A DNA stretch of 64,000 bases from an uncultured Holophagales bacterium (lineage in GTDB: Bacteria; Acidobacteriota; Thermoanaerobaculia; Multivoradales; UBA5704), in contig CAWJGT010000009.1 in NCBI GenBank assembly GCA_963842525.1, forward strand, positions 1,824,001 through 1,888,000. The letters are read 5' to 3'. Position numbers and translations under genes: made by a program. The notes below the pieces were generated by a model. It did no database searches and was not told where the DNA came from. It was given only the letters and a program-made list of their open reading frames with translations. Below are positions 29,264 to 39,345 of this stretch, one piece after another (the stretch's first letter is position 1; every line of letters starts with the position of its first letter).

Positions 29264-30871
29264 TCAGCCTTTGAAGGCGAGGACCCGTTGCGCATCCTCT
29301 TCGCGCTGGCGATTGCGCAGCAGCCATGCCAGGGTCTCGAGCTGGTGGTCCTTGAAGACCCAGCCGATCCGGCCCAGAGACTCCATGCTGGCGATCAGAC
29401 GATCGATTTGTGCCTCGGACGGGGTCGTATCGGCTCCCGCTTTCCGATAGATCTCTTCGAGGCGGCCAAGCATCCCGTCGAGGGCCGTCCGGTCGAGCCA
29501 GATCCCCCGCACCATGACCCCGGCCGGATGGCGGAGGTTTGCTGTGGAGGCGAGAGGATCGGCGTCCAGCAAGACCAGGTCCGCCCGCTTGCCGGCCTCG
29601 ATCGTGCCAAGCTCGCCCTCGTGCTCCAGAGCCCGCGCTGCATTGATCGTGGCGGCCCGGAGCGTCTCCAGGGGCGGCAACCCGAGCTCTTCCAGGATGC
29701 GGAGCTCCTCGTGCAGCGCGAAGCCGGGGACCATGTTCGCATAGCCGCCGCCCGAGTCGGTTCCGGCGAGAAAGCGGGCATGGATCGGCAGCAGGTCGGC
29801 GAAGATCTTCTTCGACAGGGTGAAAACCTTTTCTTCGCTGTCGCCCGTGTAGGTGTCCGCCCGCTCCAGCCAGCGGCGGCGCGTCCGGGCCGGGATATAG
29901 CGCATTTCCTCGGCCGTCTGGACGAGCCTCTTGGCCTCGTCTCCCTTGAGGCCGCCTCGATAGTTGTAGAACGTCGGGCAGTTCCAGACCTCGGCGCCCC
30001 GGGTGGCCGCGACGTAGTCCTCACTGGTGATGGTCAGGCCGCGGTCGAGGATGTAGCCCTTGAAGTGCTCCAGGGTGAGCTGCCCTCCCTGAATGGCCTC
30101 GGCTACGGTGATGCCGTGCGGGATGTGGCCCACGACCCGGACGTCGAGCTTTTTCGCCTCATCCAGAATGGCCTGGTACACCTCCTTGGGCAGGACGTTA
30201 TGGACCTTGATGAATTCGTACCCGGCCGCTTTTTGCTCGCGGACGGTGCGGCGGGCCTCCTCCGGAGTCTTTACGACCGTCGCGTAGATCTCCATGGGCA
30301 TGGCGTTGAGGATGTGCCCGGCCACGTAGCGGTTGGGCATCAGGACGCGGCCCGTCCGGATCCGCTCGCGCAGCCGCAGCGTCCAGGGAAAGCCGCACAT
30401 CTCCCGCACCGAGGTCACGCCGTTGGCGAGGTGGAGCAGGGTATCGGCATCGGTCTGCGTCGAGTGGACGTGCATGTCGACCAGGCCCGGGATCAGATAC
30501 CGCCCACGGCCGTCGACCTTCACATAGCCGCGCGGTACCAGGGCTGATCCCGCCGGGACCACCGCCTCGATGCGTCCTCCACTCACCAACACCGTCCGGT
30601 CCGGCAGCCGTTCGCCCGAGGCCACATCGACCACCGTCACACCGACGAATGCGAAGCGGCCCGGCTGGTAGCGAGCCGTCAGATCCTCGATCAGGCGGTG
30701 GACATCGTTTTCCTCGAAGTAGAAGGCCCAGGGGCCACCGCCTCCAGCCGGAACCTTCGCGGCGGCCTGCGGCGACGGAGAGCTGTCGGCCGCGGTCCGT
30801 CCGGGCGGGGCGCCACAGGCGGTGAGGAGAGGGAGGAGGAGCAGGAGAATGTGGGAGCGTTTTGCGGCCAT
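29264..30871 (-). CDS. Amidohydrolase-family lipoprotein
   Basis: Lipobox LLTAC, IPGLVDMHVH, VVGH, LEH, LAGTD, GKRADLVLL. Confidence 0.88.
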   Translation of the reverse strand: MAAKRSHILLLLLPLLTACGAPPGRTAADSSPSPQAAAKVPAGGGGPWAFYFEENDVHRLIEDLTARYQPGRFAFVGVTVVDVASGERLPDRTVLVSGGRIEAVVPAGSALVPRGYVKVDGRGRYLIPGLVDMHVHSTQTDADTLLHLANGVTSVREMCGFPWTLRLRERIRTGRVLMPNRYVAGHILNAMPMEIYATVVKTPEEARRTVREQKAAGYEFIKVHNVLPKEVYQAILDEAKKLDVRVVGHIPHGITVAEAIQGGQLTLEHFKGYILDRGLTITSEDYVAATRGAEVWNCPTFYNYRGGLKGDEAKRLVQTAEEMRYIPARTRRRWLERADTYTGDSEEKVFTLSKKIFADLLPIHARFLAGTDSGGGYANMVPGFALHEELRILEELGLPPLETLRAATINAARALEHEGELGTIEAGKRADLVLLDADPLASTANLRHPAGVMVRGIWLDRTALDGMLGRLEEIYRKAGADTTPSEAQIDRLIASMESLGRIGWVFKDHQLETLAWLLRNRQREEDAQRVLAFKG

Positions 30872-30949
30872 TGGTACAGGTACGTGCGTAGAGGGCTCCA
30901 GGTTATGAGCTGGAGAACCGGCGCGAACGCCGGGATCGAGGTAGGAGGC

Positions 30950-33336
30950 CCGGCTGGAAAGATCTATGGCGAGGGAGGCCCGGCCCTCGCCCGGGGTGAC
31001 GATCCCGAAGGGCGTCCCCCGGCGCTGCTCCTGTTCGAAAAGCGAGCACAGCGGGGCGAGAGGATAGGACTTTGGGAGCTCCTCTGCCGGGTAATTCATA
31101 TAGATGGTGAATGGCTGCCCGTCGTCGCGGCGGGCCTCGAAGAGCATCTCGAAGGTTTTCAGCTTCGGGTTGTTGACACCTCCAACAAACCCTTCTCATC
31201 GACGTATCCGGCCTGTGCCAGGGCCTGCAGGAGGACATCGCTGCGACTGTCCGCGGGCAGCAGCATGCGCCTGCCCTCCAGCTCCAGCATCAGCACGATG
31301 CTGGCGAGGTTGTAGACGGATTGTTCCTGCCCCTGGGGTATGGGGATGTCGACGATCTCGATCGGAGACGGCAGGAGCTCGATGCGGCGGCTTGCGAAAG
31401 TCTCGAGGATCTCGACATCGCGCAGCGCCGCTGTCACAGCCTCCGCGGTCTCCGGAGCCTCGCCCTCGAGGTCCACCGACTTTGCAATGTCGCGCAACCA
31501 GAAGTCGGCGAAGCGCCGGACCCACTCGACCGGCGGTCCCAGCACCGTCATCGAGAGTCCGTGCTCCCAGTGAACGCGGGCGGCGCCGGCCTCGGGAAGC
31601 GTGATGAGGCGGGAGAAGGGCTCGTTGACTGGAATGCCCGCGGCCGCTGCCCCCGACACCAGTTGAGTCTTCCAGCGCGATCGGGAGATCACCTCCGCGG
31701 CCCTGCCAGTGCCGGGCAGGAAGGCGTTGGACCAGATCGTCCCGAGCCGACAGGGCGCGCTCCCGTTCGATGGCCGCCTCGCGGCGCGCTCCTCCGCCGC
31801 CAGGGCCTGCTTTACGGTAGCCTCCAGCCGGGCGCGCTCGGCTTGCTCCGCGGCCTGGACGAATTTCTCGAGCAGTGGATGGACCAGCGGCGGGAGGCTG
31901 TCCCGCCGCGCCGGCTGCCGCGCGTAGCGCCCCTCCTCAGTGACCCGCACCATCCGCAGGAAGGCTTGGCGGAGCCGGTCTTCCTCGGCCGGCGTGAGGC
32001 GTTCCATCCGCAGCCGGTCGTCGGCGGCCCGGGCCACTGCACCGTCCAGTCCCCCGAGATCCTCTCGATAGACCTTGATCGCGAGACGGCCTTTCTCGTC
32101 GCGGCGCTCGTGGAGCTCGCGCAGCGTGAAGGCCAGGAGCGGCAGGGCGTCGCCTACCGCCGCGTCGTCGACGAGGATCTGGACCAGGCCGGGCTCCAAG
32201 TCGAAGCCGGCCCTGTCGGCCGGCCCCTGGATGACCGCTACGATGTCTTCCCGGGACATGGGCCCCAGCGAGAGGCTCTCGAACCGGAGGTCTAGCAAGG
32301 CCGGGCTCTTCTGGAAGGAGCCGAGGAAATCGGAGCGCAACGTGGCGAGCACGAGCAACGGGCTGCCGGGTTGTTCGACAGCCGTCCGGAGGAGGGTCAG
32401 GAAGCGGCTCGCCGGGTGGTCCTCCGGCTGGCCCAGGAGCTCCTCGAACTGATCGACGACCAGCAGGACCCGCGCCTCGGCGTGCTCACTCTGCAACCGC
32501 AGATCGTGAGCCAATTCGACCAGAGGGTTGTTCGCGATACGACCTGCCACCAGACCCGCAGCGTCAGGCTGGAGGGCATCGCGCAGATCCTGCCAGGGCA
32601 AGTCTCGCCCCATCCGTCCATAGGTGCGGCTCAGAGCGCCCGATAGCTCCCGTGTCGGGTGGTCGCGCGGTCGGAACGGGTCGACGACGAGCCAGCTCTC
32701 CGCGTCGCGCCGCAGCCGGGGCACAATGCCGGCACGCACGAGGGAGGACTTCCCTGTCCCCGAGGCGCCGAGGACCACCACCCAGCAGACCCCACCCAGA
32801 CGTCGCACCCGATTCAGCAGGTCCAGCCCCTCGCCGACCTCGTCGCCACGGCCGAAGAAGACGGCCGCGTCCTCTTCCTGGAAGGCCAGGAGGCCAGGGT
32901 AGGGAGGCCGTTTCCCGTCCCAGTCGAAAGCATCGGCGGGATCGAGGCCGGCGGCGAGGAGACCCCGCTCGAGCCGCTGATACGCTTCATCCTGATTGTT
33001 TGTCAGATCGATCGCTTGCCGATCGCTCACGACGCCGTCGAGATTGCAATCTTCAATCTTGATCGGGAACAGGTGCTTCCCGAGAGCACGCGCGTAGGTG
33101 ATCTCCATGAAGCACCATCGGGACTCCATCGAGCGCTTGCTGCACAGGACGATGACCGCCCGGCAGGCGCGAAGGTTGTGGTACAGCTCCTGCTCCCAGT
33201 TGCGCCCGGCCGGGATGCCGTCGGCCGGGTCGAAATCGAGGAAGACGGATTGGTGCCGCATGTCCTCGAGATGCCGGCGGACCTCGGCAGCAATCGCTGC
33301 ATCGGCGCTGCTGTGGCTTATGAAGATCAGGCTCAT
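30950..33336 (-). pseudogene. TIR + nSTAND1-type NTPase + remnant MBL-fold (ComEC-like) hydrolase, internally deleted
   Basis: IFISHSS..FLDFD..GRNWEQEL..SRWC TIR; PYPGL..FFGR, GASGTGKSSLVRAG, LVVDQFEEL, LPLLAFTL; later TVLGP, NLASIVL..MLLPAD and, out of frame, NNPKLKTFEMLFEAR..FTIYMNY. Confidence 0.75.
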
Positions 33337-33358
33337 ACCAGACGATTGCGCTCCTGGA

Positions 33359-33739
33359 TCATGCACCGGCTCCCGGCTCGTACCAGATCTCGACCTCGTA
33401 CCCGTCCGGGTCGGCGAAAAACACATAGGGCTCGCCGGGGCAGAATTCACCCTGGCTGAGGATTTTTCCTCCGGCCTCTTCGACGGCCTGAACCGCCGCG
33501 CCGATGTCCGCTGGATCGACGAGGCGGAAGCCGAAGTGCTGGATGCCGCCGGTCTTGCCGGCCTGCGGCGCTCCCTCGACGAAGACGATCACGTCGTGAG
33601 TCCCCGGCGTCTCGATCTGGACGAAGCCGTCCTCGCGGAAGGTCTCGACGGCTCCCAGGATCGCTCGATAGAAGCGGGACGAGCGGTCGGCGTCCTTGAC
33701 GGCGAGGCTGATGTGGGTCAGACCATGGGTCTTGATCAT
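33359..33739 (-). CDS. VOC/glyoxalase-family protein
   Basis: GLTHISLAVKD..FY, HFGF, FFADPDGYEVEI. Confidence 0.9.
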   Translation of the reverse strand: MIKTHGLTHISLAVKDADRSSRFYRAILGAVETFREDGFVQIETPGTHDVIVFVEGAPQAGKTGGIQHFGFRLVDPADIGAAVQAVEEAGGKILSQGEFCPGEPYVFFADPDGYEVEIWYEPGAGA

Positions 33740-33942
33740 CGGGCGCGGGCCTCCCTGACGGCAGTGCAGGCGAAGTATGACGCATGGACAGTTTTTTGAG
33801 CTATCATGAAGAAGCTTCCATGCTGCCCTCCATGGAGCGCCGGGTCCATGCCTCGTTCCCCTCCTCGCAGAGCAGCCCCTCGATTTCAGCTCGACGTGTG
33901 TCCACCCCAGATTTCCCATTCCACAGACCCAGGAGGTGGTTC

Positions 33943-34515
33943 ATGAACCGTCGATGTTCGAGAATTCTGTTCCTCATCCTCTGCCTCGCCGCGGTGCCCG
34001 TCGGGAGATGGGCGCTGGCGGCCGGGGTGCCCGCCCAGGGAGCCGCTCCGGCGGCGGCCCAGGTGAAGAAGCCCAAGCCCGGACCCGCCTGCAAGGACAA
34101 CGGCCAGTGCAGCCGCAACCAGTACTGCCAGAAGCGCGCGGGCAAGTGCGGCGGTCAGGGGCAGTGCGTGGTCCGGCCCCAGGTCTGTCCGCTCTTCTTC
34201 GACCCGGTGTGCGGCTGTGACGGCGTGACATACGGTAATTTCTGCTTCGCCGCCATGGCAGGCGCCAACGTGAAGCACGCCGGTGCCTGCGAGCGGACCT
34301 GCACCAAGAACGCCGAATGCGCCAAGAACCAGTACTGCGCCAAGGCCACAGGCGATTGCAAGGGCCGCGGGCAGTGCACGCCGAAGCCCGAGGTCTGCCC
34401 GGAGATCTTCGACCCGGTCTGCGGCTGCGACGGCAAGGTCTATGGCAACGCCTGCGAGGCCGCCGCCGCCGGCGTCAACGTGTCCAAGCTCGGAGAGGAG
34501 TGCAAGAAGCCGTAG
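33943..34515 (+). CDS. Secreted protein with two Kazal-type protease-inhibitor repeats
   Basis: AGGAGG SD, signal peptide, two CPxxFDPVCGCDGxxYGNxC units. Confidence 0.88.
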   Translation: MNRRCSRILFLILCLAAVPVGRWALAAGVPAQGAAPAAAQVKKPKPGPACKDNGQCSRNQYCQKRAGKCGGQGQCVVRPQVCPLFFDPVCGCDGVTYGNFCFAAMAGANVKHAGACERTCTKNAECAKNQYCAKATGDCKGRGQCTPKPEVCPEIFDPVCGCDGKVYGNACEAAAAGVNVSKLGEECKKP

Positions 34516-34589
34516 CCGCTGGCATGCCCCTCATGCCGCGACGGACGGGCTCGCGGCCCTCCCGAGCCCGTCCGCTGTTCCAGCGATGT

Positions 34590-35375
34590 TCAGACCTCCT
34601 CGGAGAGTTTCCTCAGGATGCCGAGGATCTCTGCGCGGACGATCGCCTGCTGCTGCTCGCGCGAGATCGTGGCGCTTTCGTCCCCGAGCTGCTTGCCGTA
34701 CCAGCCGAACTGGCCGTGATTGCCTCCCTCGATGCGGACCCAGCGTGTCTCGGCGGGCAGCAGCGCTCTGTTGGCTTCGACGCGGTCCAGAGGTGCAACG
34801 CCGTCGTTGGTCGCGTAGAGCTTGAGCACCGGAAAGAGCGACTGCGAAAGGTCGAAGTCCTTCGGGTGGGTGGTCCCCATCAGGATCAGGGCTGACGGGG
34901 AGGAGGGATGGCGGGCGGCGAAGCGGCAGGCCAGGGCGCCTCCCCGGGAGTGGCCGGCCACGGCCCACCGCCGTTCGGGATCGTGGGTGATCCGGTCGCG
35001 CACGCGCTTGAAAACCGCCTCCTCCTGCGACTCGAATGGAGCCGAGCGGAGAGGGAGCTTCACGATCACGGCCTCGAAGCCGTCGAGCGCCAGGCTGTGC
35101 GCCAGCGGGGCGTACGCCCGCGGGTCCACCATGCCGCCTGGAAAGAACATCAGGCCCGCGCTTTTGGGCGCTCCCACGGGCGTGAAGGAGAGCCACTCTG
35201 AGGTGGACTCCACCGCGACGCGCGCATCGGAGCGGAGGATGCCTTTGTCGAAGCCCTGTGCCCGCCGGCCCATGAACATCCAGCCATTGAAGACGATCGT
35301 GACCAGGATGCCCGAGATGATCCAGATGCGGCGGATGGTCGACCAGAGGGAGCGTTTCCTCGAAGGTTCCGTCAT
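34590..35375 (-). CDS. Membrane-anchored alpha/beta hydrolase
   Basis: FFPGGMVD, GHSRGG nucleophile elbow, IEGGNHGQFGWYG. Confidence 0.88.
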   Translation of the reverse strand: MTEPSRKRSLWSTIRRIWIISGILVTIVFNGWMFMGRRAQGFDKGILRSDARVAVESTSEWLSFTPVGAPKSAGLMFFPGGMVDPRAYAPLAHSLALDGFEAVIVKLPLRSAPFESQEEAVFKRVRDRITHDPERRWAVAGHSRGGALACRFAARHPSSPSALILMGTTHPKDFDLSQSLFPVLKLYATNDGVAPLDRVEANRALLPAETRWVRIEGGNHGQFGWYGKQLGDESATISREQQQAIVRAEILGILRKLSEEV

Positions 35376-35554
35376 GGCCGGCACTCTAACATCTGCGTTC
35401 GAACCCTTTTGCCCGGGGCGGCCTCTTTGAGGATGAGCACGAGAAAGGAGGCTCAGATGAAAGTCGACAGAATGACCAGATGGCTGATCTTCGGATTCGC
35501 CGGGATCGAGGCCGTCTTGCTGACGTGGTCCGTCCTTCACATACTGGGGAGGGT

Positions 35555-35848
35555 ATGACGATGGCCAGAGAAGCCCAGAACCTCGATGAGATCCGCCGCC
35601 GGACCCTCGATCGGGTCGATCAGGCGCAGGGACGATTCCGGATGGTGGTGATGGCCACGGCCGTCGTGGAGCTGCTGCTTCTCCTGTTCGTCTTCTACGT
35701 GACCGATTTCTCGGACCCGGTCCATCGCGTGGTGTTCGCCTGTACCATGCTGGTCTACCTCATGCTGTGCATGGCGGTCTTCGCGCTCGGGGCCTGGTTC
35801 GCCAAAGTCGAGGCCCGTATCCTGAAAGCCATCGAGCTAGCCGAATAG
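35555..35848 (+). CDS. Small two-TM membrane protein (possible anti-sigma partner)
   Basis: GGAGG SD, two TM helices, ends RILKAIE; 9 bp upstream of an ECF sigma. Confidence 0.7.
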   Translation: MTMAREAQNLDEIRRRTLDRVDQAQGRFRMVVMATAVVELLLLLFVFYVTDFSDPVHRVVFACTMLVYLMLCMAVFALGAWFAKVEARILKAIELAE

Positions 35849-35857
35849 AACGCCCGC

Positions 35858-36398
35858 ATGGCCGACGAACGCAGGCAGGCGCTCCTGGTCCTCCGCTCCC
35901 AGGCGGGGGATCAGGACGCTTTCGACGAGCTGCTGGCCGGCCTCCAGGAGCCGCTGTTCGGCTATCTGCGGCGGCTGACCGGCGATCCGGAGCTTGCGAA
36001 GGACATCCTGCAGGAGGTCTTCCTGCTCATCTGGCGCAAGCTGCGCTGGCTGCGCGAGCCGGAAGCTCTTCCGGCCCTGGTGCTACCGCATCGCGTCGCG
36101 CGCCGCCTTTCGTGTCCTGCGCCGGGAGCGGCGGTGGTCAAGTCTGGCCGACCTGCCTCTGCCGGAGCTCTCGGAGGCCCCGGAAGAGGCGGCTTCCTCT
36201 GATCTCCTGGGACGCCTGCCGGATCTCCTCGATCGCGTATCGCCGGCGAGCCGGGCGGTTCTGGTGCTGCACTATCTGCAGGAGATGTCCCTGCAAGAGG
36301 TGGCGGACGTCCTGGGTCTCTCACTCGGCACGGCGAAATCCCGTCTGGCCTATGGGCTGGCCTCCCTCCGCAAGAACGTTCGATCTCTGATCAATTGA
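35858..36398 (+). CDS. ECF sigma-70 factor; frameshift near 36063
   Basis: QAGDQDAF, DILQEVFL, FRPWCYRIA, LHYLQEMSLQEVADVLGLSLGTAKSRL. Confidence 0.85.
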
Positions 36399-36421
36399 GC
36401 GACCCGCGATAGAATTACGCC

Positions 36422-37099
36422 ATGGATTTCGACACGGCCGTCAAACTGAACATCTACCAGGCGATCGCCGAGACGACGCAAGCGCCCACCTCGGCGGATG
36501 TGGCGAGGGCGCTCGACACCTCGGTCGAGGAGGTAGAAGCCGCCTTCCGGAGGCTCCATCAGAAGCGCCTCCTGGTCCCGGAGCCGGGCGACCCGTCGAG
36601 GATCCGGATGGCTCCGCCATTCTCGGGGATCGAGACACCCTTTCCCGTAAAAATCGGGGACAAGGTGTACTACGCCAACTGTGTCTGGGACGCTCTCGGG
36701 GTGGCGGCAGCTCTGCACGAGGATGCCGTTGTCGATGCGTCGGACGGTCAAACCGGCGAGCCCATGATCCTGGAAGTGAGAGGCGGAAAGCCGGTTCCGC
36801 AGCCGTGCGCCATCCACTTCGGCGTCCCGGCAGCGAAGTGGTGGAACGACATCGTCTACACCTGAGCGACCATGCTCCTCTTCCGGTCGGAAGAGACGGT
36901 GCGCGACTGGTGCAGGGCAAACGGAGTCCCGCAGCGCCCCATCATCAACCTCGACCAGCTCTGGGTTCTCGCGATGACCTGGTACGAAAACCGGCTGACC
37001 GTCGACTCCCGGCGACCCGGCCCGGACGAGATGGTGGAGATCTTTGGGCGCGTTGGGTTGGACGGGCCGTTCTGGGATCCGAAGGCGGAGCGGTGGTAG
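36422..37099 (+). CDS. MerB-like (organomercurial lyase family) protein with in-frame UGA, predicted selenoprotein
   Basis: N-terminal wHTH, MAPPFS, YANCVWDALG, WWNDIVYT-UGA-ATMLLFRSE; downstream ORF 36872-37099 is in the same frame. Confidence 0.85.
36863..36901 (+). promoter_or_regulatory. Putative bacterial SECIS element
   Basis: UGA then stem CTCTTCC/GGAAGAG with apical loop GGTC, 19 nt after the UGA. Confidence 0.72.
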
Positions 37100-37201
37100 A
37101 CAGGGGCGGTCAAGCGTGGGGAGGACCTGGTGGAGGGGCGACGACTGCCACGAAGCCGCCCTGCAAACCGAGAAACATATTTCCAGGTAGAATGCTCGCC
37201 C

Positions 37202-38428
37202 ATGAGAGCTCCCAAGAGGCGACGGCCTCTCTTACGCGTCGTGGCTCCTCCACCAGGGAAAGACCTGGAAGCCGTGGCTCAAAAGGCGAGTTACATCGGA
37301 AGTCCCGAGCACAAGGACACGCCCTCCTTTGCTGGGCAACCAAGGCCCAGGGCAGACGCCGCCATCTGCGATCGCAGCTTGGCAGAAGAGCAGCCGCAGG
37401 TCACAAGATGGCTCAAGGAGGCGATCCGCACCGGGTATGTCAGCGCCCACTGGGAAGGTGGCTTCCCACGTTACGTCTGGCACAGGGAGGACGACATCGT
37501 GTACGAAGCTCGCCTCGTTAACCAAGGGAACGGCCAGTACAAGGGATATCCCCTGAATCCCGCGGCGGTCCTCAAACGTCTGCAAGAGATAGGCGTAGAG
37601 GGCACTTTTCTCGAGAAGGAGTGGAGGAGTATTCAGGCGGTCGACTCTGAGGAGCGAGACTTCTGTGCCGCCGCCGCCTCTCTCGGCCTCGATCCCTACA
37701 CATTGGACGAAAGCCAGCAGCAAACAATTCTCGAAGCCAGTGAATCCATTCCACCGAGCCTCTTGGAGGATTTCTTCGCGGTTGCGGATTTTGCTACTCT
37801 ACCGGTCCAGACCTCTCAGGTCCTTGACGCGCTGGAGTCCAGCCGCAACAACGGTGCGAACCTCGCGCCCCTGATATCACTGAAGGAAGAAATGGCTCCC
37901 ACGGCAACGTTGACAGGGCCGCCCTGGCGTCAGGGTTACCGTTTCGCCCAGGAGCTTCGCCAACGGTTGAATCTGAATGGCGAGAAGTTGAGATCTCTCC
38001 CGGCACTGGCCAAGGCACTTGGAATTCCCTCTCGAGAGTTGGATGCGGCGATCCTCAAGTTCCCCTTCCTGCCCGGCTCTCTCGATGCTCTCGGTGCGAC
38101 GAACTCACGCCAGAGCCCCGGATTTGCCGTATCCGAGCGCCGCGCGGAGTCCATTCGTTTTGCTTTCTGCCGGGCGCTTTTTGAATATTTCACGATCCCG
38201 GCAGACCAGCCACTGATCGTAACGCGCGCCCGGTCCGAACGGCAGAAGCGGAATCGCGCGTTCGCCGCCGAGCTCCTCGTTCCCGCGGATCTTCTCCGAG
38301 AGATTCTGCCTGGGCGTGTTGTCGCAGATGAAGACGTCGATGATCTCGCGGCCGATTTCGGAGTGTCAGCGAGCGTGATCCGGCATCAGATCGAGAACCA
38401 CGGGCTGGCCCGTTCTCTCCCGGACTAG
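37202..38428 (+). CDS. Fusion of a small uncharacterised domain with the C-terminal part of an ImmA/IrrE-like protein
   Basis: N-terminal YIGSPEHK..FPRYVW..YEARL..YKGYPL; C-terminal QKRNRAFAAELLVP..LAADFGVS..IRHQIENH; lower GC. Confidence 0.65.
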   Translation: MRAPKRRRPLLRVVAPPPGKDLEAVAQKASYIGSPEHKDTPSFAGQPRPRADAAICDRSLAEEQPQVTRWLKEAIRTGYVSAHWEGGFPRYVWHREDDIVYEARLVNQGNGQYKGYPLNPAAVLKRLQEIGVEGTFLEKEWRSIQAVDSEERDFCAAAASLGLDPYTLDESQQQTILEASESIPPSLLEDFFAVADFATLPVQTSQVLDALESSRNNGANLAPLISLKEEMAPTATLTGPPWRQGYRFAQELRQRLNLNGEKLRSLPALAKALGIPSRELDAAILKFPFLPGSLDALGATNSRQSPGFAVSERRAESIRFAFCRALFEYFTIPADQPLIVTRARSERQKRNRAFAAELLVPADLLREILPGRVVADEDVDDLAADFGVSASVIRHQIENHGLARSLPD

Positions 38429-38477
38429 CCTGGGCCGGTCGAGCACAAGGCAATACCACTCCATCCGAAAAAAGGGC

Positions 38478-38508
38478 TTGCACCTCACGTAACGTGAGGT
38501 TGTACCGT
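38478..38508 (+). promoter_or_regulatory. MerR-type promoter/operator
   Basis: TTGCAC - 19 bp - TACCGT with dyad ACCTCACGT-A-ACGTGAGGT in the spacer. Confidence 0.88.
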
Positions 38509-38559
38509 TCTCTCCGTGGCCACCTCCTCGGGAGAGGAAAGGCCGAAGGAGCCGGAGCG

Positions 38560-39291
38560 ATGAAGAGTTGGAAAGTGGGCGAGCTTGCCCGGCAGACAGG
38601 GTTGACCGTCCGGACGCTGCATCACTACGACGAGATCGGTCTGCTGTCGCCTTCGCACCGGACCGGTGCGGGGCACCGGCTGTACGCGGCCGAGGACCTC
38701 GCCTGCCTGCTCCAGATCCTGTCGCTGCGGCAGCTCGGCTTCTCTCTGGAGGAGATCCGGGAGTGCGTGGCGCGCCCGGACTTCTCGCTGCAGCGCACTC
38801 TCGACCTGCACGTCGCCCGTCTGGACGCGCAGATCGAGATGCAGCGGAAACTGCGCGACCGGCTCATGACCGTCGCGCTGCGTCTGAAGTCGGCGGAGGA
38901 GGTCTCCGTCGAGGACTTCTTGAAAACCATGGAGGAAATCACCATGTTTGAAAAGTACTACACCCCCGAGCAGCTCCAGGAGATCCAGGAGCGGGGCAAG
39001 CAGATCGGCGACGAGCGGATCCGCCAGGGCGAGGCCGAGTGGCCGAAGCTCATCGCAGAGGTCCGCGCAGAGATGGAGAAAGGGACCGACCCGGCGAGCG
39101 AGACCGTCCAGGAGCTCGCCCGCCGCTGGAAGGCCCTGCTCGCCGAGTTCACCGGCGGCAACCCGGACATCCAGAAGGGCCTCAACAAGATGTACAGCCA
39201 GGAGCCCGAGGTCCGCCAGAAGACCGGCATCGATCAGAAGCTGATGGAGTACGTCGGCCGGGCCATGGCCGCCGGCAACAAACCGCAATGA
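38560..39291 (+). CDS. MerR-family regulator with TipAS-like ligand-binding domain
   Basis: KVGELARQTGLTVRTLHHYDEIGLL..GHRLY; C-terminal DPASETVQELARRW..FTGG. Confidence 0.92.
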   Translation: MKSWKVGELARQTGLTVRTLHHYDEIGLLSPSHRTGAGHRLYAAEDLACLLQILSLRQLGFSLEEIRECVARPDFSLQRTLDLHVARLDAQIEMQRKLRDRLMTVALRLKSAEEVSVEDFLKTMEEITMFEKYYTPEQLQEIQERGKQIGDERIRQGEAEWPKLIAEVRAEMEKGTDPASETVQELARRWKALLAEFTGGNPDIQKGLNKMYSQEPEVRQKTGIDQKLMEYVGRAMAAGNKPQ

Positions 39292-39295
39292 CCCC

Positions 39296-39330
39296 ACCGC
39301 CCGGAGGGCGATCCCGTCCGGGCGGTTTTC
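39296..39330 (+). terminator. Intrinsic terminator
   Basis: ACCGCCCGGA..TCCGGGCGGT followed by a T run, immediately after the stop. Confidence 0.7.
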
Positions 39331-39345
39331 CCCTTGCATCCAGAA

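Noticed and set aside
36422-39291. Mercury-resistance operon (MerB-like plus MerR-family)
   Set aside because: The regulator is TipA-type without the Hg-binding Cys set, and merA, merT and merP are absent
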